This document shows, in pieces, positions 39,869-50,867 of a stretch of DNA of 64,000 nt. The notes beneath the pieces are model-generated. The model had not been told where the DNA came from. It worked only from the letters and a program-made list of their open reading frames with translations, and made no database searches. Positions within the stretch are counted from its first letter, which is position 1. Each line of letters starts with the position of its first letter. The DNA comes from Epithemia pelagica (Eukaryota > Protista > Bacillariophyta): the NCBI GenBank assembly GCA_946965045.2, contig OX337232.1, positions 1,612,001-1,676,000 of the forward strand, written 5' to 3'. Both the position numbers and the translations under genes were made by a program.

Positions 39869-40327
39869 ATGGTGGAGAAGAAATCGTCAAATCTTCCACC
39901 CATCAATGAAAGAAAGGGGGCAAGGATCAAGATTGTGCTGGGAGACTACAAGGGATTGCGAGCATGGGTGGACACGGCGAAGGAATGCACTCGCTTCTAC
40001 ACGTATGTGATCATCCAAGTGAAAACAAGTCCTACGGTTCTGAAGGCAACAAGGATTCTACACACAAGTTTTGTGATGGAGGCTGATGTCCAGCTCCCAT
40101 CAAACAAGGAGGAGGCAATGCTTTTTGAGAATGCAGACATTATGGAGATGTTTGTGGTGCTCACAAGGAAAATGGCTGAGTTCGAGGAGATCTCAGGATC
40201 AGGAGAAGGAGGAAAACGAATTGCAACTCTGTTCTTGTCATACCTCAATAGAGCCACTGCTGCACAGAATGCCTTATCCAATGAAAAGGCCCGCTGGCGT
40301 CGCATCAAGTTCAAGGGACAGCATTAG
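39869..40327 (+). CDS. Small protein with KOW-like motif (cargo of the Harbinger-like unit)
   Basis: KGARIKIVLGDYKGLRAWV resembles the KOW consensus. Confidence 0.55.
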   Translation: MVEKKSSNLPPINERKGARIKIVLGDYKGLRAWVDTAKECTRFYTYVIIQVKTSPTVLKATRILHTSFVMEADVQLPSNKEEAMLFENADIMEMFVVLTRKMAEFEEISGSGEGGKRIATLFLSYLNRATAAQNALSNEKARWRRIKFKGQH

Positions 40328-40411
40328 CATACATGAATAACTAATAAGAGTAGTGCATTTCAAACAAAGAATTCGCTTTTACTATGAAGTCAATTACTAG
40401 GGGCGTACTGG

Positions 40412-41854
40412 TTAGTCTTCAAACATGCTCTTGGCCTCGGCCTCCTTCTTCTTCTCAGATTGCTTACCACCAATCTTTTTGCCTCCCTTGAGAGCAATGC
40501 GCCAAAACAGGGTCATGGCCAGGATTTCTTTGTTGAAGAGGTTTTCTGGGTGGTCCTTCTTTAGCTTGAGAGGGTTCTTGGTGACTGGCACGATGTTATC
40601 GTCCAACGAGAAAATCTTGTTCTCAAGCTGAACGCCGGGCGGGAAAACCATGATCCAGTAGGCACTAGCACGCCAGTGTTCTTTGGACTCTTCAATCGCA
40701 ACCTCAGTCGCACTGTGTGCGTTGAAAGTTGCGTCACACTTGATCTTCGACTCCCTGCCAATCCCCGTATGGTAGCGCTCCGTATCACGAATCCAAAAAT
40801 CTTGAGCGGGGCCCCTGAAACGGATGAGTCGTCCTCTCCACATCTCGTCGTAGTCGTCCGTTGGGATGTCCGCTTCCCAGTCGTTCATATCCGGGCAGGC
40901 AACGGGCCGGCGGATGTGAAAACCGCTGCGAGTGAAAAATCCGTCTTGGTTGATATTTTCGACGAACTGGACATCGAACTCGCGGTGTCGCTCGGCCATC
41001 TTGTCTAGACGGATCCGAATCACCCATGGATTCTTGACTGTACCATTCTGGTTCACAAACCAGGCAGTGGGTACAAAGGCATGTGCCACGTTGGTACGGG
41101 CGGCCTGGGCAACAAGAGGAGAAAGGCGTCCGAAGCGATGCTGTTGTTGGCCAGGGTTAAAGCCACCAGCATGCGCAACAGGACGGGGTGGAGTGTGAAA
41201 CATCCTCACAGCTTCTTGGTTTTGGGCCGCCGGGAGAGATGGGACGCTGGCCCTTGCAGCAGGCTTCCTGTCGTCGGCAAGAGAAACCTGGCCAAAGTCT
41301 GCTTCAAGCTGGTCCACGTTGTCATTTGCAAAGGGATTTCCAATCCCAACCATCGCATATGGGTCTTCTTCTTCTTCGTCGGGAACGATGATCTCTTCAT
41401 CAGAGGTGGACGGTGCGGTCGTCGCGTTGTCGGAGAAGGCTGGTTTGTCGGGGTAGGCTGGTTTCTTGTTCATCTCTTCGAGGCTTTTGGGACCGGGTGT
41501 CACACCAATCTTTTTCAAGTATGCAATGTAGGCCCTGATTGAGCGGCCCTTGCACTTTGCCCAACGTTGCTGCACTTGCCTGCGAAGCACGGTTCCTTCG
41601 GCTCCAAATGTGGTCGGGTTGGCTGAACACAGTGCCCAGAGGTCGAATGATTCCCTTGTCTCGCCGGACAGTTCAAAGGCTTCAAGGAGGGTCTTGGTTT
41701 TCTCAGCACTCAATCCACCTGGCGCCGGCTTCTTTCGTTGCAAGGTTCCAATCGACGGTTGTTCTTGCTGATCTTGGGCCTCACTGTTGACAGAGTCAAC
41801 AACCCAATCTTCCTCTTCGTTGATTTGCGAAAGTTCGTCTTGTGAGATCTCCAT
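40412..41854 (-). CDS. Putative Myb/SANT-like DNA-binding partner protein of the Harbinger-like transposase
   Basis: N-terminal helical block LLEAFE...LWALC...FG...RRQVQQRWAKCK; divergent from the transposase; PIF/Harbinger elements typically encode such a partner. Confidence 0.5.
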   Translation of the reverse strand: MEISQDELSQINEEEDWVVDSVNSEAQDQQEQPSIGTLQRKKPAPGGLSAEKTKTLLEAFELSGETRESFDLWALCSANPTTFGAEGTVLRRQVQQRWAKCKGRSIRAYIAYLKKIGVTPGPKSLEEMNKKPAYPDKPAFSDNATTAPSTSDEEIIVPDEEEEDPYAMVGIGNPFANDNVDQLEADFGQVSLADDRKPAARASVPSLPAAQNQEAVRMFHTPPRPVAHAGGFNPGQQQHRFGRLSPLVAQAARTNVAHAFVPTAWFVNQNGTVKNPWVIRIRLDKMAERHREFDVQFVENINQDGFFTRSGFHIRRPVACPDMNDWEADIPTDDYDEMWRGRLIRFRGPAQDFWIRDTERYHTGIGRESKIKCDATFNAHSATEVAIEESKEHWRASAYWIMVFPPGVQLENKIFSLDDNIVPVTKNPLKLKKDHPENLFNKEILAMTLFWRIALKGGKKIGGKQSEKKKEAEAKSMFED

Positions 41855-42275
41855 GTTTGTTTGTCGAATGGGCAAACGGAGAGAAAACAATCTCCAGGGA
41901 TCGAGCGAGTGAGTCGTCTACCTACCGAGATTGCCAATCCTGGTTTGGCATCTACATCAATGGATAACAAATAAACATTGTTTGATTGTCATGTGCGTAT
42001 GCAATAGGATGTCTATTTAGGCGCAGCCTTCTATGCTTGTGCTCACGAGTTGAGAACTCGTGAATCTGCAGGCGCATCATGTGTCTCTCCTACTACCCAC
42101 GGGTCCTAACCATGGGGGTCCCCCGCCGTGTGAGACAGGCGTGGAGTTATTGAACACTTTTGTGACAGAAGACAGAAACCTACCTACTAGTGAGTGACCT
42201 TCCCGAGTGCCAATAGAGTTCTTGTCCCCAAGAATCCATCATTGCATTCGTCACCACATTTTCAACAATCAAAGA

Positions 42276-43199
42276 ATGTCTCTTCAACCGTCAGAAGTCC
42301 TCGAAAGGGGCCTACGGCTTCTTCATGTGGATGATGCGGGCAAATTGACATTGGAACGACGACGACTCAAGTTTACGAAGCACTACGGGTTTCACCCGTT
42401 GGTGATTGCTGTGCAATGGTTCGACCTATGCCACGCAACAGACGACAATGGCGAGGAACTACTTTCTACGAATGAAATCAAAAGAGGAGGATTCAAGATG
42501 TTCATGGTTGCTCACTATTTCCTCTACAACTACACGAGAAATAGTGAGCAGCTCAGTGATCGCTTTGACATGTGTGAGTGCTATGCGAGAGGAGAGCATT
42601 TGTGGGGGTGGATTCGGAAAATTGCGTTTCTCCAGAAGAAGGTAATTTTCTGGCCGAGAATTCTTGACAGTCCCGAGTCTGAGGTTAATGTGTTGTCCGT
42701 GGATGGTGTCGACAAAAAAGTTTTCGAGCGCAAGCACAAGACTCAAATGCTTCCGTTCGATCGTGGGAACTGCTCTCACAAGCATGCGCACGGTGCTCTG
42801 AAATACCAAATTGTTTTGGCGGCACATCGACCGAGGTGTGTTCACATATATGGCCCCGTGCGTGGGGGAATGGGGGACTTGGAGATGCTCGAACGGTCCG
42901 GCGTGTTGGAACGACTCAAGCCAGGCAAATTGATTGTGGCTGATCGTGGGTACATTAAGAAGGAGTACAGTGGAAAAATATCCTGGCCCAATCCCCATGA
43001 AGATTCCAAACAAGCCAATAACCTCAAGAGCCGGATCCGTCTTCGGCATGAAAGTTTCAATGGAAAAATGGCTACTTTTGGATGCCTCAACCAGACATGG
43101 AGGCATTCGGACGAGAAACACGGCATAGCATTTCGTGCAGTCGCTGTGACAGTTCAGTATGCACTTGACAATGGCACAAGTCTCCTATTTGAGCCGTAG
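42276..43199 (+). CDS. PIF/Harbinger/ISL2EU-type DDE transposase (DDE_Tnp_4-like)
   Basis: LSVDGVD, ALKYQI, IVADRGY, RLRHESFNGKMATFGCL. Confidence 0.85.
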   Translation: MSLQPSEVLERGLRLLHVDDAGKLTLERRRLKFTKHYGFHPLVIAVQWFDLCHATDDNGEELLSTNEIKRGGFKMFMVAHYFLYNYTRNSEQLSDRFDMCECYARGEHLWGWIRKIAFLQKKVIFWPRILDSPESEVNVLSVDGVDKKVFERKHKTQMLPFDRGNCSHKHAHGALKYQIVLAAHRPRCVHIYGPVRGGMGDLEMLERSGVLERLKPGKLIVADRGYIKKEYSGKISWPNPHEDSKQANNLKSRIRLRHESFNGKMATFGCLNQTWRHSDEKHGIAFRAVAVTVQYALDNGTSLLFEP

Positions 43200-43247
43200 A
43201 TTCATCCATAAATTCAATGTAGTTGAGATTTGGTTTTCTACTATGTT

Positions 43248-43844
43248 TTACTTGTAGGCTAGGATGTGGTTTGCAAGTTCTCGGCGTCGCATCAATTCGT
43301 CCATTGGAGAGACAGCAGGTAGATTGAGCTTCTGTTTGGCTTCCTCTTCCTTGAGCCGCAAGTAGTTGAAGTAGCGCACTCGTCTCACTTCTTGGTAGAT
43401 TCGAAACTTGAAGATTTCTAGCTTGAATGCCATATAGGCGGGACGCATCTTCCTCAGTGCCATGGGCGTCAATTTCAAGTGAACGCCATTGGCCACGTCC
43501 ATCCGGAGAAGCTTCTTTGCTGGATGGACGTGGAAGACCAGCTCTCCACGGCAGTTCCGGTCCTTTCTTGGATGGACGTGACGGTCAACATGGTGCGCCT
43601 TGTGGTCACGGTCCACCAATTCCTGCGCGTTGTTTGATTGTTTGCGGTGGTCCTTCAGTCGTTCCTTGAATTGATCGAAAGGAACATTCGCAAACTCGGG
43701 AAGCTTCTTGTAGAACACAAACAAGTGGTCAGCCGGAACTGCATCCATGCTGTGAAGGAGACCGCCTGGCTCAAGATCTTGAATAAGGATGGCTCGTGCT
43801 GCACTGCGACGCCAGTCAATCCACTCAGACCTTCGTGGCGGCAT
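43248..43844 (-). CDS. Small basic protein with two tandem helical repeats (cargo)
   Basis: AARAILIQDLEPG...PEFANVPFDQFKERL and PAKKLLRMDVANG...PAYMAFKLEIFKFRI. Confidence 0.6.
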   Translation of the reverse strand: MPPRRSEWIDWRRSAARAILIQDLEPGGLLHSMDAVPADHLFVFYKKLPEFANVPFDQFKERLKDHRKQSNNAQELVDRDHKAHHVDRHVHPRKDRNCRGELVFHVHPAKKLLRMDVANGVHLKLTPMALRKMRPAYMAFKLEIFKFRIYQEVRRVRYFNYLRLKEEEAKQKLNLPAVSPMDELMRRRELANHILAYK

Positions 43845-43849
43845 GGCTT

Positions 43850-44016
43850 GGTTTCGACTTTGTTTCGAGTTGGTTTTGGTTTGTTTCGGCTTTGTTTCGA
43901 CTTTGTTTCGGTTGGTTTCGGGTTGTTTCGACTTTGTTGCGACCTTGTTTCGACTTTGTTTTGACTTTGTTTCGACGTTGTTTCGACGTTGTGTCGTGGT
44001 TTCGACATTGTTTCGA
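43850..44016 (+). repeat. Array of ~14 degenerate 11-bp GTTTCGACTTT units, same strand orientation as the left array
   Basis: Directly visible. Confidence 0.9.
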
Positions 44017-44421
44017 GCCAGCAGGTCAAGGCTTTTTTTGGCGAAACCCTATATTAACGGTCATAATAAATGTTGGTCTTGATGCAAGATCAAGTCTCAT
44101 AAATACTTGTAATCAACGGAAATCGAATTTTTAAGTACAATTCTCATTGTATTGTAGGTAGTCGCTGAAATCACACTGTACTGAATAGGAAGGAAAGCGG
44201 AAAAGTCCATAACGCTACCAAAGTAGCGGGTGTCCCTGGACGGCATTTCGAAAGGACGACATACTCCTAGTTTTCTTCGGATGTATCTACTCCTATTCGT
44301 AGCTACACTGCGCGGGACCTACGCTCGAGCTCAAGATCATCAAGTCACGAATTCACACCGATCCAGCATTCAACGCAAATCTGAGGAAGTGGTGTTTGCA
44401 TGAATTGCATGAAAAGAGGAA

Positions 44422-46287
44422 ATGCAAATGTCAGGCAATCACGACAAGCAATACTACTCCATCTCAGAGTGTCCGTTTGAGCTTGGATACGTAGAGAACG
44501 AGGAAGCTGCAGACCGTCAAGAAGTTTCGTCATTGACGCAGAAAAATGACTTGAGGGTTGAATGTGTGCGCTCTGCGTCAAACGCCGTTGTTCGGTTGCA
44601 ACCAATGAAGGTGCTGAAAAGAGACAGAGATTCCCCTCGATGGGAAGGACAAAGCCATTTCAATGCGGAATTGAAGATACCAACTTCGAGCACCAATGGA
44701 AGTTTTTGTTTCCAGGTTCACGCGAGGGCAAGGGAAGGTCTTGCTTTTGCTTTGTCACCAAAACAAGGATTCGTTGTCGGTGATACATATGAAATCATTA
44801 TTGGCGACAATGGGAACACGACCGTGACTTTGCAGAGAAAGTCTTCGTCAAAGGAAAATGGGACTCTTCTTGTGCGACGCCCTGCCCGTGTCTGTCAAGA
44901 AACGGCTTGGACTCACTATTGGGTTTGTTTGTGTGAAGGCAAACTATTTGTTGGTATCGGAGACACACCTGGAGATAAATGTTTAGTTCTCCTGGATGAT
45001 ATTGCTCGACAGGATCAGCCTCCACCCGATGAACGAGCAGTTCGATACATTGGTGTGGGAAATGCTGGTAAAGGTGATAGACATCCACCCGTGGCGTTGA
45101 AAGTAAGGAATCTTAGAGTGTTCTCATTGACCGAAACAATCGCAGTGAAGCTTCGACGTATCGAAGAAAAAGATTTGGAGTTCATTGCTTTGGACGAAGA
45201 CGAAATGGATGATGAAACTAGAGGGCTTCTTCATGATTATGAGAAAGAATGCAGCAGAGCGCGTGCTCGTGCCGAAAAGTTCGGATTGCCCTACAAAGAT
45301 CCCGTGTCGTTCATCCCTTGGAGCCAAGCGAGGAAGCTAAAAGCCAACCCGCAACATGGATTTGTGACAGGTTTTGACTTAACTGATCCAAAAGAAGTAG
45401 CAAAGCAAGATGCGAGGAGGAAGCGTTTTGGCCTCGTGGGCGCGATTGAAGGATCTAAACTTGATGTAGAGCCAACGGATCCGTCTCCCAGGATCGTGGA
45501 AAATGAGGACAAGAGCGAGCTTCCTATTGAACAAGCCTGGGACAATGAAGAATTGGTTAAAACCCAGAGGAAAGACCCTCCTGCTCATCTGTGGAAAATT
45601 CAACCAGAAAATTCGGAAGCCCCACCAAATGGTCAGGGGACCGTGCTGACACCAGAAAAGATTCATTTGTTCAGTATTGATTGGGCAGCTTTCAAACAAA
45701 TACGGACAAACGATGTCATGAAGTACTTCTCCAGTTATGGTCCAACCTATGTAGAGTGGCTGGGTGACTTGTCATGTAACATTTGTTTCCAGGACATGCA
45801 CTCCGCAGCTCGAGCATTGAACAATCTTTCAGCTGAAATACCCTCACCACCACCTGCTGGGGATGAAGAAACCCGTGATGAAAGTTCAATTAGAATCCAT
45901 GCTGATCTTGGGCGGATGGGGTGGAGATTTGGTAAGACACTTCTCAGGAAAATAGCAAATGATCGCTATGGACGTCGTGGCACAAAAGCTCGAATTCTGT
46001 TGCGAGTGGCATCATCGCTAGATATTCTTCATGAACGGCCATCATCTTGGCCAAAACCACCTGAAGGATTCAGCACTAAAGCTGTTCTTGGCCCAAACAT
46101 CGTCTCAAAGGAGCATGGCGGTATCGGGAGGACGAAGAAAAGACAACGTGAAAATGGGGAAACACAGCTTCAACCCGACCTTAACAAGAATGGCGAGCCC
46201 TCCCTACTTGACCGCGGTTTGGCATCGACGAGAAAAGGATTTTCAGTGGAAGATTTAGAGGAGGAGCGCGCTAGGAAGAGACGTTAG
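44422..46287 (+). CDS. NCBP3: NCBP3-like protein with an N-terminal farnesoic-acid-O-methyltransferase-like beta domain
   Basis: PEKIHLFSIDW...IRTNDVMKYFSSYGPTYVEWLGDLSCNICF resembles the NCBP3 RRM; N-terminal FQVHA...YEIIIGDNGNT...YWV. Confidence 0.65.
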   Translation: MQMSGNHDKQYYSISECPFELGYVENEEAADRQEVSSLTQKNDLRVECVRSASNAVVRLQPMKVLKRDRDSPRWEGQSHFNAELKIPTSSTNGSFCFQVHARAREGLAFALSPKQGFVVGDTYEIIIGDNGNTTVTLQRKSSSKENGTLLVRRPARVCQETAWTHYWVCLCEGKLFVGIGDTPGDKCLVLLDDIARQDQPPPDERAVRYIGVGNAGKGDRHPPVALKVRNLRVFSLTETIAVKLRRIEEKDLEFIALDEDEMDDETRGLLHDYEKECSRARARAEKFGLPYKDPVSFIPWSQARKLKANPQHGFVTGFDLTDPKEVAKQDARRKRFGLVGAIEGSKLDVEPTDPSPRIVENEDKSELPIEQAWDNEELVKTQRKDPPAHLWKIQPENSEAPPNGQGTVLTPEKIHLFSIDWAAFKQIRTNDVMKYFSSYGPTYVEWLGDLSCNICFQDMHSAARALNNLSAEIPSPPPAGDEETRDESSIRIHADLGRMGWRFGKTLLRKIANDRYGRRGTKARILLRVASSLDILHERPSSWPKPPEGFSTKAVLGPNIVSKEHGGIGRTKKRQRENGETQLQPDLNKNGEPSLLDRGLASTRKGFSVEDLEEERARKRR

Positions 46288-46940
46288 CGTACTCGAGTCG
46301 TCTTTGGGAGGAACTGAATGGATGTGTTGCGTTAAATAGTTCATCCTTCCAGCCAGAATTTGAAGACCCTGAACCGTTTAAGGGCTCCAGGACGGAAGCG
46401 GCCTCCAAACATCGTCAAGCACCTGTTTCCTTCTCGAATTCTATATTCAATTAAAGATGATCAAAGCCATTTCTACCCTGTCCTTGCCTATGGCTTCCCA
46501 AAGAATCTATCCTATGATTCGGTTGCATGTCAATAATGCTAGAGCCCAGGCTTCTTTAGAGGAAGGCGAACTTAGCATTGGTGCATGATCGACAATGCAC
46601 GTGTGGTTTGTTCGTTGGCGACTACTTTTTTAAAGAGCCTGCGCCTTGGGTAATTAACTGCCAAACGACGAGTATCTGCTGCTGCAGCATATGGACTTCA
46701 GGGCGTCTTCTCATTAGCGGGACACAGGTCATGTGGAAGGTTTTCAGTCGGATATGTACGGATATTCTCCTTGGACTTTGTCTTGTGAACACGTCGGCAT
46801 TCACAGCACAAGAGCTTCTTCGAGTGTTTGCACGCTCACTCTTGGTTGTTAGCAAGATGCGCTAAGTTTGAAACTTGGCATTTTCGCTCTTCAAGACCTC
46901 CGTTGTTGTTCTCAGTAATGATCGGTCAAAATTGACCGCA

Positions 46941-47987
46941 TCATGTATTCTTGGCATTGTCGCGGTTGGGTGATGGCGGCGGCGGTTCTTCCTTGTTTTT
47001 GGGAAACACGGGTACTAGAATGATTATTAGGATTCCCTTGATGTTCGTCTTGCTGTAGCTTCTTTCCTGGAGTCTGTGTGTGAATGCTGGATTAAAAAAT
47101 GTCGCCACCACGACTTCTACCTCGCGGAAATCGGAAAAGCTGATACAGATGGCGATGGAATGTACCTCTCCATATGGATACGAGGGAACTGCCTTATGCT
47201 TGACAGAAGGGCCATAAAGCATATCGGGGCTCGATTGAATGGCATGTTCAGGTCCACTGGTATACATGGCCGTTGAAAGCTGCACTTGAAAGGCTTGATG
47301 AGTAAACATTGATACATTGGAGCGGGCCAAGTCTTCACACAAAATTCATATCTATCAGGAATCGCGACAACGGGGTGGTTCTTGTCCAGGGGGGTTATGA
47401 AATGGAACCTGGACACCATTCTGGAAAGAAATAGGGCAGTGAGAGCTACCACCGTCGAAACACATCTTGCTGAAAAGCATGTCCCTTCGTCTTGCTTCGG
47501 CGTCATTCGGATCCGTCAGGGGGGAAAAGGGAACCACTCTACTGCTTGGGGTATCTAAGAACAGAACATTCATTTGCATTGATGATTCCTAGTGCAAACC
47601 GATCCATGACAACGAGGACGCAAAATTACCTCAGCTTGACTGGACACTGTGTCACATCGACCCATCCAGAAGGGGTGAAAGGAAGCAGCGTTTCTGGGGA
47701 GGGGGATCCTCGGCTTTCTTCTCTGTTGTGTGGTAGTTTTCCTCCTCGTGTACGTGATTGATTCGGACGTTCTGTTCAATTCTGTGTACACAAGGCTTGC
47801 GACTGGTTCGTTTGGTTGTTACTTCGTTTACCCCAAAGGAGTCCCACGGAAGCAATCTCGACGACCCCTTTTTCAACACCCGACAAAAGGTGATGACAAC
47901 AACCCGCGGAACGGTGAATGTGTCTCGAACAAAGTATTTTTTGAAATGAAACAGACCTCGTAGACGCAGGCGAAGATTAAAACTCAT
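46941..47987 (-). pseudogene. Possible decayed coding relic of unknown family
   Basis: Three ORF fragments (47652-47987, 47355-47579, 46941-47342) share one minus-strand frame separated by several stops; no motif recognised. Confidence 0.25.
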
Positions 47988-48002
47988 CTATCATACAAGC
48001 CT

Positions 48003-48118
48003 CAAGACTGAGGAGACCAAGATACGAATCAACTCAACCAAACTTGTTGTGAGAGCTGTGCAAGACTGAGGAGACCAAGATACGAGTCAACTCAACCAAA
48101 CTTGTTGTGAGAGCTTTG
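48003..48118 (+). repeat. Tandem duplication, 2 x 58 bp
   Basis: CAAGACTGAGGAGACCAAGATACG... starts at 48003 and 48061, near-identical. Confidence 0.9.
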
Positions 48119-49298
48119 ATGGTCATTCCTTCCCCAAAGACGTGATATTCCACAACCTGGACAACATGTTGCTGTCCTTTCTGATCCCGTAACCAAGTCC
48201 ACGCGATGTTGGTTGATACCACCATCCAAAAAGACACTGTCATCTGTCCTCACTCTCTTTTTCTCGAGAAACTGGCCGATCATGGTCTTTCTCGATGTCA
48301 AGGAGGAAGAAGAAGATTCCAACATCGACTGATTCCAGAGATCAACAACTGCTGCTGTGCGATAGATCGCGAGTGTGAAGAGCACGACATGGAGGGTAGT
48401 CTATTGGGGACACAATCGCCAAGCTTTATGATGGGGATTGGGACAAGAGGTTGCTCATACATGGAACATGGAATGCAAGGCTCATAGTTCAAGGGTTGGT
48501 GTTCGTGGGACACAGCTTGGCTTTCCGTATTATTGGGAGGCCGTCTTCCATGCTTCTGCAGGACAATAAGTACCCACGTGGTTGGTTGATTGTCAGTATT
48601 CTTGTCTGAATGCTGGATGTTGGACGACGTCGACTGAACGGACTCCGCTGATAGTTCTGTTGAATTTAACCTTGTTTCAGGCAACAATTACGAAAAGCAG
48701 GAGGCTGTCGTGCAATTTTGCAATCACAATGTCAAACGTGCGTTGTACCCCGACCATTACTGGCACTTGCATGCTACTGTTGTCAAATGGTTAAGTGACT
48801 CCGCAAGATTGATTCTCAGGGATTGGCTTGCAAGTATGAAAAGTTGTGACAAGGGACCGGCGGGAAACGGTTGGTGATAGCAGCGCCATGTCGTCCTTGG
48901 TAGTTTTCGTGGTGGGAATATCGTTCAACAGTTGTTCATTTCATTGTCTATGATACCATAACTTAGATCCATGGCCCATGACATTTTCGTTGATTGGACT
49001 TGCCTCGTTCAAGTTGGAAGGAAAAAAAAGAGAAGACCGTTTTGAGAAACATCTTCTTGGCCCTGTCTTGTGACTATTGGTCGTGGAAGTTCTCCAACTC
49101 CAACAACGGCATCGGGCGCCGGGGCAGCTCCATCCCTCCACAACTTTTTGCGAAAATGAGAACCATCCTTTGCCGAATGCGAAGGTCATCCACGAGAGAG
49201 AGGAGGAACCTGCAACCATTCTGTTTGTAGAACCACAGCTCTCCAACATCCTCCTCTCACAAAAAATGCAATCTAGGTGTCAAGGCAAAGTACGGACA

Positions 49299-50694
49299 AT
49301 GATGACACCAATTCTCTTTGCTGTACTTCTTTCTGGCGTTTCAATGTGCACAGCACAGCGAGACAAGTCTGGAGTTGTGGTTGCCGACTATGGAGTTGAT
49401 TGCACGTTTCCAATTCATAGCAAGGACTTAAAATGTGGCGATCGATTTGGTGATCGACAAAAAGTATACGATGATTTTATGCAAGGATGTAGAGACCACT
49501 ACAGAGGGAGAAAGGCCATTCGATGCGACAACACGGAGGACGACCGCATTGAAATGAGTGTCCGCCAGCCGCAATCCATGGTTAACTATACTGCCACAGG
49601 TTTTAAAAAGATCCGTGCACCGAAAGAAGTGATGGATATGCTTCTTGGTCACTGGGAAAGAAACAGGAAAGATATGAAGGAGGAAGAATGGCCAGCAGGA
49701 AACATATACGTGTACGGAAGAAACTTTCACATATTATGGTTGTATGGATTTATTTATGTCCATCTTATACCCTGCTCTTAACTTGTTGAAATTTTACAGG
49801 AACCATTGGGAGGCCCCAACCTATATGGTATCAATCGAGGATTCAGAACTTGAAGGGGGAGGATTCGAGCTCAAAAACAAGGTATGGGATGCAGTAAAAC
49901 CCACTATTGAGGAATGGACCAACATGGAGCTGAAACCATCATCTCAATACGGTATACACGTGTACACCAGAGGTGCCATCCTCAGCCCTCATGTTGACCG
50001 ATTGCCTCTTGTAAGTTCTTGCATCATCAACGTTGCACAAGAAGTCGAAGAGCCCTGGGTACTCGAGGTTATCGATCGCCAAGGTAGGGCTGTGAATGTG
50101 ACCATGGATCCCGGTGACATGGTCCTCTACGAGTCTGGTTCCCTTATTCATGCAAGGCCCTTCGCGTTGAAGGGAGACTTCTTTGCCAATGTGTTTATTC
50201 ATTTTGAGCCGACTGGACGTCCCCTGGGAGACACAACGGAGAGGTATTTGGACCTCCTTGATGACTTTTATCCCCCGTATATTTTGAAAGACAGCCCTGA
50301 AGCCGCCAATTGGGCTGCGAACAACCCTCACGGATGGAGGCGGCCATCACCCTCTGCACCAATTCAAGACGCCGACTCACCTGCTGCACATTATGCGGCC
50401 GCCACTGGTGATCTTGACCAGATCAAAAAAATTGGCGAAAGCAACAAGAAGTTGCTTCGAGCCCGTGACCATAATGGCTGGGAACCCCTCCATGAAGCCG
50501 TCCGTGGTGGGCGCTTCGATGTTGTAAGGTTCCTCGTTGAGGAGGGTGGAGTTGATATCAACAGTAGAACGGGCACAACTCGAAACGGACTAACACCGTT
50601 GAGTCTTGCTCTAGACCACTTGAAAGCCGGTGATCCTGTGACCGTCTTCCTGATGGGAAAAGGAGCGGTCAGTCATAACTTCGATGAGCTCTAA
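49299..50694 (+). CDS. Secreted 2OG-Fe(II) dioxygenase-like protein with C-terminal ankyrin repeats; intron 49712-49799
   Basis: Signal-peptide-like MMTPILFAVLLSGVSMCTA; LSPHVDR (HxD), LIHARP; ankyrin GWEPLHEAVRGG and GLTPLSLAL. Confidence 0.75.
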
Positions 50695-50867
50695 ATTTTT
50701 CGCCGAAAACCAGGATGCTTGTGTTTTATTTTACTTCCGCTGTCGGGCTGTGTTCAGTGCTCGTTAACGCTCTACAATACATACATATGACATAAACTAC
50801 CTAGAGACCATCATTTGATTTGATTGATTGAATGTAATCGTACGTACTTAATAATGCCTTTGGCAAG

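Larger units (their letters stand above)
39613..44016. mobile_element. PIF/Harbinger/ISL2EU-like unit with four ORFs, flanked by 11-bp repeat arrays; true ends not resolved
   Basis: DDE_Tnp_4-like transposase plus a Myb/SANT-like ORF; GTTTCGACTTT arrays on both sides. Confidence 0.65.

Noticed and set aside
39613-44016. 11-bp arrays as telomeric repeats or CRISPR repeats
   Set aside because: Short, degenerate, internal, spacer-less and tied to a transposase locus; not a TTAGGG-type repeat
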